64,000 nt of DNA, from NCBI RefSeq assembly GCF_037042905.1, contig NC_087245.1, positions 32,984,001-33,048,000 on the forward strand, written 5' to 3'. This document shows, one piece after another, positions 41,001-51,063 of the stretch; within the stretch, counting starts at the first letter, position 1, and every line of letters begins with the position of its first letter. The stretch comes from Lytechinus pictus. Its lineage: Eukaryota. Both the position numbers and the translations under genes were made by a program. Below the pieces are notes generated by a model. It was not told the DNA's origin and made no database searches. It saw only the letters and a program-made list of their open reading frames with translations.

Positions 41001-44000
41001 TGTATTAGCCTGGTGTATTATATAGAGTGATTAACATCAATTCACAGCCTGAATTCCTGAAAGCTGGCGTTTCATCTGGAGCAGCAGTGGAATCAGGTCA
41101 TTCACATGGGGAGGGAAGGGGAAGGGAGAGGGGTAGGAGGGAGGCAAGACGGCATGAAGATGACATCATTTTCATTTTCAATTGAAAAGGAACGAATTAC
41201 AATCTCTCATTTTTAAACCCTGCTATTTTTAATAAACTTCCTCATCTTCCCTTTCTTCTCACTACTTGAAAATTTATACAGGTTCAGGTTGGTTGCCCCT
41301 CTACCTCTACCTTTTAGTGCCAGCGTTGGTATCAAGAAATCAGATTCAGACCTTTCCACACTCAAGCACTTGGTTATGTATGCTCACAGGCTTGCTCAGG
41401 TGCACTGCTCTTTTTATCACCAGATTTCAATCGCACCTCATCATCAAAACATAAGTAGAGATAGGAAGGGAAGGAGAGAGGGAGAGAGAGAGAAGAGAAA
41501 GAAAAGAAGAAGAGGGAGAGCAAAAGACATAGAGGAGATCAAGAGAAGGGACATCAGGAGCCCGTAACACAAAGTTTAGCAATGATCGTAGAACAAATTT
41601 TCATGATTGATTGCATTGACTATAATGTACAATCAATCGTAAAAATCAAGCGTATGACCAATCATTATGCTTTGTGAATTGGAGCCCTGATGTGATGAAG
41701 AAGTGAGAAAGAAATAGATATAGGGAGGGAGAGAGAGAGAAGAGACAAAGGACAGAGGGAGGGATGAGATGATGTATGAGCAAGAGAGAAGAGGGAGAAT
41801 AAGATTAGACAGATAGAAAGAAAAAAACAGAGAAATAGAAAGTACTGGAGAGAAAGGAGGGAGGGGATAGAGTGTGAGAGGAGAAGTGAAGAGAGGAAAA
41901 GAGTGAGAGAAGACCAAGTCTAGCAATTTCTTGAGATTCTTTTTTGTCCCTTTCGGGAGATGGGAGCCCCTCTCCCAAGGGCTGCTCCCCCCTTAAAAAG
42001 TAAAATTGAAGTTCAAGAGGAAGGGGTCACTCCCCCTCCCCCCATCCCATCGATACCATTGGTTGAAGAGAGGTTGGCAGTAAAGAGAGAGAGAAAAACA
42101 AAGACAGAAAGAGGGAATGAATGAATGTGAAATGAGAAGACATCTGTAAACCGATCCCTTCCTCTTCACCGGCCGTCCTTTTAAGAATGCCTTACAGAGA
42201 GCCCCATACTGTAAAAACACATGGGTTTGTGTTCAGAATCAATACCATCCCGATGCCGACACCGGTTCTTACACGCACTTCTATGACGCACACTACTTAG
42301 GCTAGTTGTCTTTACAGTTCAATCTCTTTCTAAATAGAATGCGAAATGGGAGAAAATGGAGAGAAACCAAGGAGAAAAAGCAATGCCTCCCATGAATAAT
42401 GCTCGCTATACTTCACGTTTCAAGAATGACAGAAAAAGGTGGAAAAATCATTTCAAAATCAAGAAAGTATCATGCCTCCCTTTTTTCACTAATTTAGAAT
42501 TAGAGGGTGGGGGGCATATTACCCTTACTCCAATTATTATTTAAAGACATTATTTGGAAAAGTAGATGATATACAAATGAAAACTACATGAATTCTTAAC
42601 AGCACACATACACTAATCAAAAAGGTGATAAGCTACTTAGTACAACAAAGGAAGTTACATGCATTCAAACCGATAAGTATTTTGCTTCCACGTTGAAAGC
42701 TCAAAGCAGGTTTCAAAAAGAATCTTTAATTGAGCTTCTTACCCGCCTGAAGTCTGTGACATCATTCTATTTCAGTAGTGTTGTGATTACATAGAATTAT
42801 TTTTGTGTTTTTTTTTAGATTAGGCAAGGACTATTTCCAATATTTTGTTTGCTGCTTATTTGGTGCTGCTTTCTGTCTCTATTTGAATTCATATTGGGTG
42901 TAAGAACAATTTTTTTCAGACCAAAACAACTATGGCCAAGATTTTCTTCATTTGCAGATTACAAAATTGTTGTATATGGGGTTCCAATTAAGCACTAAAA
43001 ATTTTCAAGAGTTATTTTCCTCGGCAAATTGAAACTGACAAAATACTAATTTTTGAATCTGGAAATAAAGAAAATAATCACAACTTCCCTAACAAAGTAT
43101 GACATCAGGCTAGTGAGGCACAATTAAGACCATTTTTATAAATCCACTGATTTGAAATTTCCTCAAGTAAAATATGAATATATGTGCATTCTTGTGCTTT
43201 GTAGCTTATGTGGTTTTGATTGTTAAATCTCACTTTTAGTTTCAGATGGCTTCTTCAAATATACGGCAAATATCCCATGCTCCGCAGTGATTTTTATGTT
43301 TACCTCCTGATACTGTATCGACCTTCCACAGTAGAATATTCATAAAACGTAGACAACAGAGTGAAGCCTAAAAACAACTTTGCCAATATTTTAGAAGGCA
43401 AGATGCCAAGCAGTGTTTTATTAGGCTTTCTGGCACTGGATAAGACTGGAAAAAAAATGAAATCCTGACATAGAAAGAGAATGATATATAGATGCATCTT
43501 GAGTTTGAGATATTAAAAGAGATAGAGAGATTAAAGGATAATAAGACAAGGGAGAAAACTACACAGGGACTCTGGGTAAATTTTCCTTAAAAATGCCCAA
43601 AGGAGCTCCGGAAAACTAAAAAAGAGCCCACCCCCCCCCCTCCCTCCTGATATTCTCCACAACCTTCCAGTCTCCTAAATCCAGAAACCTCTATAAGGAG
43701 TTACAATTATATATCAAAGGCAGGCTGATAGTAAGCATTTTCCAAACCCCCTTTTATCTCACAACGCCTTAAACTTTTTCTCCTTCTTTAATCCTTAGAC
43801 CTCTAAGGAGTTGCCTTTATCCAAAGGCTAGCTGATACCTGGGTGGAAAATATACGCGTTAATCTAGAATTCATTACGCTGGCATGTTAAGGCTATTTTC
43901 ATTTCATGAAGTAGAGAGTAAATGCACTGGATACGAAAATCTGGGTCAGGATTTGTGTGTGATAATACTTTAAGATACTATCCATGGATTCATCGGAGAG

Positions 44001-47000
44001 GAAGAGAGATGAGGCGGTTCAAATCCCAAAGGGGCAGTTTACCTGGACTTCTAGTTTGCTTTCATAATAATAGAAATAATTAATGAATAATTCATACATA
44101 ATAAATCAGGAAAACAGTAATGAAGGTAATCTCTCATACAAGTACCTGCCTCAGATGCCATATCATACGCTGGTAAATTCCATAAATAACCAGGGCCCCG
44201 TCTTACAAAGAGTTACCATTGATCCAATCAATCGTAACTCTATGGAAATCCATCAGTGTCTTAATTTTTTCTACAGGAAATTTGCAAAATGTCCTTTTCA
44301 AACAAAGGAGAACACACCAAATTGTCAAGAAATCAATGAATTTATGGATATACATTCATAACTACAATTTTTTTTAAACAAACATGCATTTTATATGTTG
44401 ACTTTGCTGGCTTTCCATAGTTGCAATTGATCGGATCAATCACAACACTTTGTAAGACGGGCCCCAGTTTTTCATGTTTCAAGATTGCTGAAAATATTCC
44501 TCAAATAATCATGGATGAAATGGTGTTCCTCATACAATGCACAGATAAAAGGTAAATAATTTTCCTTTCAATTTAGTTTATTATAAAAGCAATAATAATA
44601 ACTACATCGACTTCCACCAATAAAAAAAATGATGACAATAACTTTGGAAATCATCACATTAAAGACATACATATAGCATGCTATAATCCATCCATGGGGC
44701 ATAATGATCTAAATATACTATGCTGTTGAAGCAAAGTCAAATTGTTTAATTCACATGATCTTTCTGGATTTTCTGCATAACAAGACAATGCCCTGGACAC
44801 TGCATTGTGAGGGGTCTTTTTTTTTTGGGGGGGGGGGGGGGGTATTATGCAATATACAAGCATTTTGATAGGGCATGATATTTTCACCATGGTCATATCA
44901 CCGTGACAGCATGCATACATGAAGAGCTGTTGCACTGAAACAATGAAAAAAAATCCCAATTTTTGTCTGATTTTGATTAAATTTTTACTGTTTAGATATC
45001 TAATTTTACCATAATTCTGGAGTAAAAACTCTTAATGACACACCACATACATACACTTGATGCTCTCACAAACCAGTTCTTGCACCCAGCTAAAATTATG
45101 AATGAAGATATCTATCACAAGGCATGAATGATCAAAGATCATCAAACTGGATTTACTCATTCAATAATGCATGATTTCTTAACCTGTGAAGCATAATTTA
45201 TCGATGAGAACTCATCAATCAAGAATCCAAGGATGGGGTATCTTGTTTGGCATAGGATGAAAATATTTGCCTGGTACATGCAGCAAAGCAGAAAGGAAAT
45301 CAAGCTGAGGAAAGCAAGCTATGGAAATGTCAATTTTTGCCAATTTTGAGGTTTGTTCAAACACAGTGAAATAGAGCTAACAATAGTGTTATAGTAGTTT
45401 TAGTAGTGGCACCAAGGGGGGGGGGGCATTAAGACATTCCCTTCCAAAAATTTTGGAATATGAAAAAAAAAAAGTAGAGTAACCTGTCTGCCCTTGCCCC
45501 TCCAATATTTTCTTAAGCCTGCAATTTGCCCCCCCCCCCCCCCACTTTAAAAATTCTGGTGCCGCCTCATGGAAAAGGCATCAAAACTAATGAGGTAAGA
45601 AATATATTTTTTCACAAAAGAGGCAAATATCAATAACAACAAAAAATAGCAAAAACATCATGTGCCTCTCCTTCTTCAGAGATATTCTTACTAATAGGCA
45701 GGAAGTCATTTCAATTCCAAGTAAATACATTAATGTTACTCTGGTGTACAGACTACTGCAACATTTGGACAAGGCATTTATTTGATTTTGGCACTCCATT
45801 TCCAGGTTAGAAATGGGGTCTTGCAGTAAGAGATACTGTGTTACTTGTTCTTTTTTTCTGAAAATTTATTTGGGGTTCTAGACACTTTTCTTTGCGCTTC
45901 TAACAGGTTCATTGCTCTCTCTCTGTCATGCTATTCATAAGCACTGCACTCATGGCATTATGATTGATCTGATCAACCTCCACAACTATGGAAATCCATC
46001 CATGTCACGTTTTTTTCATTAAGGAAAGTGGCACAATGCACTTTTGTAAAAATACAGAGAAGCACACTGAATTGGCAAGTCAAAACAATGATTTGTGCAT
46101 AAATATCAGTCCTAATACACATTTCCAAATCATTTTAACAGACAATATTTATTGTATTTTGCACGTTGGGGTTGCTGGCTTTCTTCAGTTGTGGTTTATC
46201 GGATAAGTTAGAACTCTTCGTAAGACGGGGGTCCTTGACAACAAAATATAGATACATTCAGTGAGCAGGATTACCCCTGAAAGCTTAGCCCCAAATTCCT
46301 TTTTATTTTGGAATGGTAGGATTCACTCGCCACGTTATATTAGACCTCCTACTACTCGTAAATTATCAAATGCGAAGGCTTATTTCTCTCCATGTCCTCT
46401 TCGGTCTTCAATTCTTTTCTGGATAGAATTACATTTCTTACGAAAACAACAGAAAAAATAACACATTACGCAAATGAATCTTGAAACCCAGGATGCCTCT
46501 GGTTATTCTGTCACAATCTGTATGAATAAACCGTGTTATCTCGTCAACAGCCCTCATCTCAATTCCTAGAAATGCCCTATTCACACTAAAATTCAAGTAA
46601 CATAATTATACCATTTTCATTAAAGGAAAGAGCATACAGACAACCCATGAACACGTATAAATGACACAAGTGTTTAGGAAGTCATTGACTAAACTTACAA
46701 TCCAGGAGAAATAAGTTATTTTAAAAATATAATTCCTAAGATAAAAATCTTATCGTTTTCATGTAGGCCTACAAATAGAACAGGTAGGTTTTCTACATTA
46801 AAAAAAAAATTTCTTAAGAGTTACGTCACCTATTAATCTTGTTATAAGAGAGATACAATTGTAGATATGTACTTGTAGCTAAAAAGAAGGCACAGACAAT
46901 GAAAAACATTAGATGATGACTAAGAAGAAACCATTACTTAGGAGGTCAACAGATGGCCAGTGAATAATACCCTCATCTTAAACCCAGCCAAATTGAATTT

Positions 47001-50000
47001 AAGAATATTAACTTATATTTGGACCTTGGCTAATTAATGTAATTTTCTCCCAAGCACTGATAAAACATGTGTCACCCGAACACCTTTTCCTAATGTTGGA
47101 TGTTGGATGTTGTGAGGGTGAAGTTGCCCGTCACACATTTGTGTATTTCATTTTCTGGTTTTGGCTAATTCATTTATCACAGAAATCAGCAACAAAATCG
47201 ATTGCTAAGCTTTATGTTTATACAGGGCCCTAGCTCCATGTAGATGGACTGATGGAGAACTTACACAAATTATCAGACTATAACCAATCAGACCCCGACA
47301 TTGTGTCACTACAAATATTGTGATTGAAAAATGAAACATTCATACCTGAAATATGGACGTACAGATATGCAATGAGAATTTCAGTCTGAATAAATTGTTA
47401 GATATTTTGAATCTCCCCTTGCCCTGATCTCATCCATTCAGAATTGTTAATATCCATTACCGCGCTGCCTTGGGGATTTCTCATTTCTGCGTTTATTCCA
47501 TCTCCTGTGTGCAAACGTTATTCTGTATCCCTGGGTAAATTACACGTACATGCAATTGATGCAAATCAACCATCGCACAGCTAAGGATAATAATCAAATT
47601 TGATAACAAACTCATGCAGGTAGCATGGAGTATATTTCTTTCAGAGAATGATATATAAGGCATATAGGCCTACAAAGGCCCTTGCTATGCTATTTCCTTC
47701 TCAAGTGTATTATGTGAAAGGAATGCTCCCCAGGGAGTGGATAATGAGCATACATTGGATGTAAGGCAGAATTGATTGTATATGAACAAGATTATATTCA
47801 AAAGCACTTGGATACTTCATACATTGAATAATTCTACAACCCCCCCCCCCCCCCTCCCCACCCATCTAAATGTATTTCCAGTTATTTTTCTGAATATAAA
47901 CATTGCTATATCCTTCTTTCTTTCTTGAAAAAAAAATTGACCTAGTCATCATATTAAAGTAAGCCTACTTATCACCTCCATTGCACTTATCAAAGGATTA
48001 GACGTGTCTTTTCCTAACAATCAACTGACCTTTTCACAAAATGAGGCCAGAGCTGTCATATTAGTCTGCAAGTAAGAGCAGGAATACAAGCCAGATAATA
48101 TCATTTTGTATTCAGACTAAACTGATAGCTTGATTCATATTGTATGGTGCTATACACCTGTAGCAGAGTTTTTTTTTAAAGTCTATATGTTCTTAAAGGG
48201 AAAATACCAGAAAAAAATATTGGGGGAGGTTTGAGGAAAATCCATTAAAGATTAAGTTATTAGAATTTTACATTTTGGATAAAATTGTGATATCAGAAAC
48301 AAGCAGCTGGCCCATATGTGATGTAATATAAATTGCATAAATTTCATTTTTTTAATGGTTCATGGTGACTTATTTTTGTTTTCTTTTTAGGAACGGGTGT
48401 TAAAAGAGTTTTCTAATAATATACTGAAGGTAGAGTAAAAACCATTTTCAATTTTCTGACAAAATGACATTTCAATGATTTTTCACCATATGATATGTAG
48501 GGAAGTTACTCAAATCTGACGTCACAAATCAAATAATTGAAATTTTGATAACTTCTTTATTCTTTGATGGATTTTTCTCAAACCTTCAGCAATATATTTT
48601 TATTATTTTTTTCTAATATTTTTATAACAAACTTTTTGTCAGGGTGAACTTCACCTTTAAGCATTCAATCAAATCTGGAGAATTGAGCTCTAGAAGTCAG
48701 TAGGCCTATTAGTCAATGAGGGATACCTACCATACCGGACTTATCTTTAACAAATCTCTATTCGATATGGGGCATATAATGATCAAGTTGATTGAATATC
48801 TGCCTTCTGTAATAAGTAGTGAGAATTCACGCTTACATGTCTGCCTTCGCCGTTCCCAGATAAGAGATACACTACACCTATCTTCTATTAAAAAAACGTT
48901 TCAAATAATAACAGGGGTGATCTGAAAAAAGATCTGAAAAAAGCTGAAGAGTGTTGAAAAAGTCTGAAATAAAAAGATCTCCCATACTTTTTGTACAGAG
49001 GAAGGCCAAAAATAAGCTGAAATTAAGCTGAAAATCAAAACAAAAAAATCTGAAATCAGATAAAAATCTGAACTCTCACACCCCTGTAATAACCTCTATA
49101 ACAGAGGCCATTAAATATTTTTTATGATTGATTGCACCGACTAAAATGTACAATTATTCGTTGAAATCAAGCGTACGATTAATCGCTAACCATCGTGTTA
49201 TTGAACCAGATTTCAGTCACGTCATCAACATGCATATATAGCCAAACAGGGTGAGGAATCTCTTTAATAAACTTTGAGGTACATATGTAAACTCCTTTTA
49301 TTCTCATTTCTATTGTTGTCTGCACTACGAGAGTCGTCCGAAGGTGGAAGCCCGTTCACATCAAGCCCAGCTGTTCACACTCCGTACACTCACAGATCTA
49401 CGCTTCAGCTCAGGAAATATTAACTAACCTAGTTGGTGCTTCGTAAAATCTCTAATTTCCTGCGTAGCCGTCAACTTTCACATATTCCCTGGTTCAAAAA
49501 TTAGGACATAAATCCCATTCCTAAGAGAAATAACCTATTTATGTCACATTAAGACAGCATCTTTCATTCCTAAACTCATACATTTCTCTTTTTTCTACCC
49601 CCCCCCCCATTTCCTCTAGCTCTATAGGTCTACATTCCAGTTAAGCATCTTTATACACTAATTTCCTAAAGCATTCGTTACTTATAAATAAAATACTAAA
49701 TTGCTCATCATAAAGATACAAATCGGATTCAAGCAATATTTCTTCCACAGCTGATAACAAGTAAAACACCATTCGTTATCATGAAGAAACAAAATTAATA
49801 ATAATAATCACCAGGAAATGCTGCTCTGTAAATATTCTGTTCGAGAATAATCATTAGCTTTCTGAATCATCAATCATTGTAGGCTCCCAAAATGTTTCTT
49901 TTTATCACATGTGAAATAAAGACAATGGCTATAATGAGGTGAAAATAGATTTGAATAGGGGGCTCTCCATATGCCTTGCCAAGGTGTATGATTCAATTCC

Positions 50001-51063
50001 GATAGGGGGGGGGGGGGGGACATACCGCAGTGACTGTAGAGTCTGGATAGACAAAACTCACATGTGAGAACCCATGGAGGTGCATTAATTCCTTTGACCT
50101 CAAAGACAATTTATACTAAGGAGTAGATCAAACCCTAGATCCCTTAAGACAATGATTGGATAGGAGCATTGAGGAGTGTATTGGCCTCAACCCTTGGCTT
50201 GGATATTTTAGGCAAACGAATTTCCTCCCAACTAGCCTTGGTCCTAGACTTTCTTTATGAAACAGTCATACAAATAGTTGAACATAAATAAATAATATAG
50301 GATTTGTATAGCGCACGTATCCACCTTGCTAGGTGCTTAAGGCATTCCTATATTACCCTGGCTAAGCTAGTCTGCCGATTCTGGTGCTCACAGCTTTTTG
50401 AGGAATTACTTCCTGCCGGTACCCATTAACCTCACCTGGGTCGAGTGCAGCAGTGCAGATAAATTTCTTGCTGAAGGAAAACATGCCATGGTTAGGATTC
50501 GAACCCACAACCTTCTATTTGAAAGGCGAGAGTCAGAACCTTGCATAATTAATAAGCACTATTACTGGGACACACTTTCTGGGTTATCTTTAGCTTTCCT
50601 TTAGCATACCCAGAAATTTGCTTTGAATGAATCTAGAGAAAAATTAAACAAGCATAGAACAGAAGAAATGAATCCAATGACCGGGGTAATGATATGCTGT
50701 AACGTGCTTTGAGCCATTCAGGGAAAAGCGCTTTATAAAAATTGGCTATTATTATTATTATTATTATCTTAAAATCATCTTTCATCTTCAGCGCCTACTG
50801 CACGGCGGCTCTGCTACAACCAAGGTAATACTATGATACAAGTCCACGTATTAAGCGCAGTTGGAGCTGCACGGTATTTAAATAATGGACCCATTATTCT
50901 TAACTATGTAAAATAAGAAAATTTGATGAAACTTTCAAGTTTGTTTATTTTAGTTTAGGTGATTTAAAAAGACAAAGATCTTACCTGATATTTCACTTTC
51001 ATCAGCTTCCCTCAGACTGTGATAGTTACCCTGATCTACCACTACATCTGATTCGTCCATCTT
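100..51063 (-). CDS. SLC4A10: Multi-exon SLC4 Na+-coupled bicarbonate transporter (SLC4A7/8/10-like); 3' part lies outside the window
   Basis: 15 GT-AG exons join in frame and give hallmark motifs [107 protein letters not shown]. The symbol marks the closest recalled vertebrate family member; one-to-one orthology within SLC4A7/8/10 is not established. Confidence 0.95.
750..1078. repeat. Foldback MITE-like element with a ~118-bp local duplication of its right half
   Basis: gctctattcaac (810-821) and gttgaatagagc (836-847) core inverted repeat extending outward; 818-935 nearly identical to 961-1078. Confidence 0.8.
1537..2276. mobile_element. Non-autonomous piggyBac-like element
   Basis: TTAA|CCCTAAAAGGACTGGGCT ... 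AGCCCAGTCTTTTTAGGG|TTAA: 18-bp TIR with 1 mismatch, TTAA TSD, no transposase. Confidence 0.85.
2409..2522 (-). CDS. SLC4A10: SLC4 exon (TM7) [38 protein letters not shown]
   Basis: TTAG| and |GTATGT, 114 nt, phase 0-0; SDFAV and TPKLxVP motifs; missed by the ORF track. Confidence 0.93.
3341..3596 (-). CDS. SLC4A10: SLC4 exon: extracellular loop 3 plus TM6 ([12 protein letters not shown]...[13 protein letters not shown]...[10 protein letters not shown])
   Basis: CTAG| and |GTGAGT, 256 nt; four EL3 cysteines and N-glycosylation sequons typical of Na+-coupled SLC4s. Confidence 0.93.
4188..4400 (-). CDS. SLC4A10: SLC4 exon (TM4-5) [16 protein letters not shown]...[21 protein letters not shown]...QNPVEG
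   Basis: TTTCAG| and |GTGAGT, 213 nt, phase 2-2. Confidence 0.95.
4615..4728. mobile_element. hAT-like palindromic MITE
   Basis: CAGTGGCGG...CTGCCACTG, 46-bp arms with 1 mismatch, 8-bp TSD ACCGGTTT on both sides. Confidence 0.88.
4880..5910. mobile_element. PIF/Harbinger-like non-autonomous element (~1 kb)
   Basis: Perfect 19-bp TIR GGGCCCGTTTCTCAACACC, CTG TSD. Confidence 0.85.
6079..6268. mobile_element. Harbinger-like MITE; related copies at ~12042-12223, 12727-13037, 53907-54105
   Basis: GG..GTTTCATGAAGCTG..TAAGTT termini and internal cgactggtga/tcaccagtcg inverted repeats shared between copies. Confidence 0.7.
6481..6758. mobile_element. Harbinger/Tourist-like MITE
   Basis: TAA|AGGCCTGGTCCCACTG ... 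CAGTTGGACCAAGCCT|TAA, imperfect TIR with TAA TSD. Confidence 0.7.
6826..6959 (-). CDS. SLC4A10: SLC4 exon (TM2-3) [45 protein letters not shown]
   Basis: ACAG| and |GTGAGT, 134 nt; [12 protein letters not shown] motif; missed by the ORF track. Confidence 0.95.
8370..8544 (-). CDS. SLC4A10: SLC4 exon (TM1) [58 protein letters not shown]
   Basis: CCTAG| and |GTATGC, 175 nt. Confidence 0.95.
8620..9203. mobile_element. Kolobok-like non-autonomous element
   Basis: TTAA|AGGGGTACTCCA..CTGAAAAT ... ATTTTCAGCATGGAGTATCCCA|TTAA with long imperfect subterminal inverted repeats. Confidence 0.7.
9338..9478. mobile_element. Harbinger-like MITE 28 nt from an exon donor
   Basis: 20-bp TIR GGGCCCGTTGCAGAAAGAGT, CTG TSD; degenerate relatives near 21730-21860 and 36680-36760. 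Confidence 0.82.
9507..9690 (-). CDS. SLC4A10: SLC4 exon (Nt-TMD linker) [17 protein letters not shown]...G10...EGLERTGK
   Basis: GTAG| and |GTAAGT, 184 nt; WDPxIRIEPP and LxRTG motifs. Confidence 0.93.
10001..10094 (-). CDS. SLC4A10: SLC4 exon [32 protein letters not shown]
   Basis: CTAG| and |GTAAGT, 94 nt. Confidence 0.95.
10374..10622 (-). CDS. SLC4A10: SLC4 exon [21 protein letters not shown]...[15 protein letters not shown]...[15 protein letters not shown]
   Basis: ATCCAG| and |GTATGG, 249 nt, phase 0-0; conserved N-terminal core. Confidence 0.95.
12042..13037. mobile_element. Cluster of Harbinger-like MITE copies
   Basis: Repeated gggtgtttcataaagctgttcgtaagtt / aacttacgaacagct..tgaaacacc termini. 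Confidence 0.65.
13414..13497 (-). CDS. Putative cassette exon [28 protein letters not shown]
   Basis: Pyrimidine tract TTACTTTTCAAAG|, AAG|GTATGG donor, 84 nt open, phase 0-0. Confidence 0.7.
14428..14571. mobile_element. Harbinger-like MITE with internal gttaccat repeats
   Basis: cagggtcccgttgcatagtaact ... aacttttattcaatggggcc; relatives near 12240-12360 and 61020-61160. Confidence 0.55.
15164..15313. repeat. Recent 75-bp tandem duplication
   Basis: gttatattcaaaagtgtg...ttttacccatYaatag twice, one mismatch. Confidence 0.9.
15776..15850 (-). CDS. Putative cassette exon [25 protein letters not shown]
   Basis: TTTACTTTTAG|, AAG|GTATGT, 75 nt open, phase 0-0. Confidence 0.7.
16344..16954. 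mobile_element. Kolobok-like non-autonomous element
   Basis: TTAA|AGGTCAAGTCCACCCCA ... TGGGTGGATTTGTCCT|TTAA; subterminal aaatttcatcaaaa/ttttgatgaaattt inverted repeats. Confidence 0.78.
18057..18070. promoter_or_regulatory. Consensus RFX X-box-like palindrome GTTACCATGGCAAC, 6 nt from a cassette-exon donor
   Basis: Matches GTTRCCATGGYAAC; function not shown. Confidence 0.4.
18077..18151 (-). CDS. Putative cassette exon [25 protein letters not shown]
   Basis: T-run + TAG|, AAG|GTATGT, 75 nt open, phase 0-0. Confidence 0.7.
18593..18847. mobile_element. Foldback (palindromic) MITE-like element
   Basis: aatcggtccatgggggcctt / aaggcccccatggaccgatt and ataattagccc / gggctaattat nested inverted repeats. 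Confidence 0.72.
22319..22612. repeat. Interspersed repeat rich in aacacc/ggtgtt; related copies at ~56870-57100 and ~57469-57712
   Basis: 57469-57712 reads as an approximate reverse complement (atagaggacatcaccagtcattt vs aaatgactggtgt..tcctctctat). Confidence 0.6.
24074..24133 (-). CDS. Putative cassette exon [20 protein letters not shown] (paralogue of 27025-27084)
   Basis: TTTTTCCCCCTCTCACAG|, ACG|GTTCGA, 60 nt, phase 0-0; protein-level similarity to the second copy. Confidence 0.72.
25185..25470. repeat. Degenerate (GAT)n microsatellite
   Basis: Seen directly; produces spurious Met/His-rich ORFs. Confidence 0.9.
27025..27084 (-). CDS. Putative cassette exon [20 protein letters not shown] (paralogue of 24074-24133)
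   Basis: TCTCTCTCCCCCACAG|, TCG|GTTGGC, 60 nt, phase 0-0. Confidence 0.72.
28624..28760. mobile_element. Harbinger-like MITE
   Basis: cag|ggtcctgtttcataaaa..cttgtt ... aacaagttttatgaaacgggtcc|ctg. Confidence 0.65.
28896..28928 (-). CDS. Putative 33-nt microexon [11 protein letters not shown]
   Basis: CGTCTTCAG|, AAG|GTATAT, phase 0-0, ends in SK like neighbouring cassettes; TGCATG about 20 nt downstream. Confidence 0.55.
31016..31099 (-). CDS. Possible cassette exon [28 protein letters not shown] (or only a 12-nt microexon VLTE, 31088-31099)
   Basis: Long pyrimidine tract + AAG|; candidate donors GAG|GTTAGA or CTT|GTTAGG; 84 nt open; weak similarity to the 60-nt paralogous exons. Confidence 0.4.
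31181..31347 (-). CDS. SLC4A10: SLC4 exon (N-terminal variable region) [16 protein letters not shown]...[11 protein letters not shown]
   Basis: CCAG| and AAG|GTACGT, 167 nt, phase 1-0; needed to bridge the phase-1 donor at 32097 to phase-0 downstream exons. Confidence 0.85.
31610..31775. repeat. (CAT)n microsatellite
   Basis: Seen directly. Confidence 0.9.
32097..32312 (-). CDS. SLC4A10: SLC4 exon [32 protein letters not shown]...[15 protein letters not shown]...MEQQ
   Basis: TTAG| and |GTTTGA, 216 nt; VREALLxxHHHQ and IRSxxDIG motifs. Confidence 0.92.
32723..32883 (-). CDS. SLC4A10: SLC4 exon [53 protein letters not shown]
   Basis: ACAG| and |GTGAGC, 161 nt; band-3 cytoplasmic domain signature. 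Confidence 0.95.
33197..33570. repeat. Minisatellite of 4 units (~100-110 bp) containing the donor region of exon 33551-33689
   Basis: cctcagcatgctaaactgtt-like core at 33209, 33307, 33417, 33525. Confidence 0.85.
33551..33689 (-). CDS. SLC4A10: SLC4 exon [46 protein letters not shown]
   Basis: TTGCAG| and |GTAGGT, 139 nt, phase 1-2; SQRVxFILG and EWxExAR motifs. Confidence 0.95.
33649..34790. repeat. Minisatellite of 7 units (~150-180 bp), each containing the acceptor and first ~40 nt of exon 33551-33689
   Basis: Units start near 33649, 33831, 33979, 34143, 34315, 34487, 34658 with ttcatc..ggatgaacttgacc..gcatctcctgcaagcaaag..aagtcatgcatcataccaa. Confidence 0.92.
35216..35437 (-). CDS. SLC4A10: SLC4 exon [31 protein letters not shown]...LLDKNGT
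   Basis: ATGCAG| and G|GTAATG (alternative in-frame donor at 35222), 222 nt, phase 1-1; YxGVHVP plus His/basic cluster. Confidence 0.9.
39918..40199 (+). mobile_element. tRNA-derived SINE, near full length
   Basis: A-box TGGCCCAGTGG, B-box-like GGTTGGAATCC, body tgctgcactcaacccaggtgaggt..aatgggtacc, (ATT)n tail; fragment at ~20439-20595. Confidence 0.85.
41460..41920. repeat. GA-rich low-complexity tract interrupted by a Harbinger-like MITE (~41556-41688)
   Basis: Purine tract; caggagcccgtaacacaaag ... ctttgtgaattggagccctg. Confidence 0.65.
44194..44464. mobile_element. Harbinger-like MITE; decayed copy at ~45950-46232
   Basis: CAG|GGCCCCGTCTTACAAAG ... CTTTGTAAGACGGGCCC|CAG. Confidence 0.8.
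48197..48656. mobile_element. Kolobok-like element, decayed
   Basis: TTAA|AGGG ... CACCT|TTAA; internal ggtttgaggaaaatccattaaag / ctttgatggatttttctcaaacc inverted repeat. Confidence 0.55.
48912..49086. mobile_element. Short CAGGGGTG-ended MITE with internal CTGAAA repeats
   Basis: CAGGGGTG ... CACCCCTG flanked by taataa. Confidence 0.55.
50284..50540 (-). mobile_element. tRNA-derived SINE, 5'-truncated
   Basis: B-box GGTTCGAATCC on the minus strand; close match to 52848-53103. Confidence 0.82.
50985..51063 (-). CDS. SLC4A10: SLC4 N-terminal exon [27 protein letters not shown]
   Basis: (CT)n tract + TTTGCAG|, G|GTAAGA, 79 nt; resembles the vertebrate DEEAVVDxG exon; ATG at 51060-51058. Confidence 0.85.

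Noticed and set aside
41289-41926. Arg/Glu-rich and Leu/Ser-rich ORFs
   Set aside because: Translations of the GA-rich low-complexity tract
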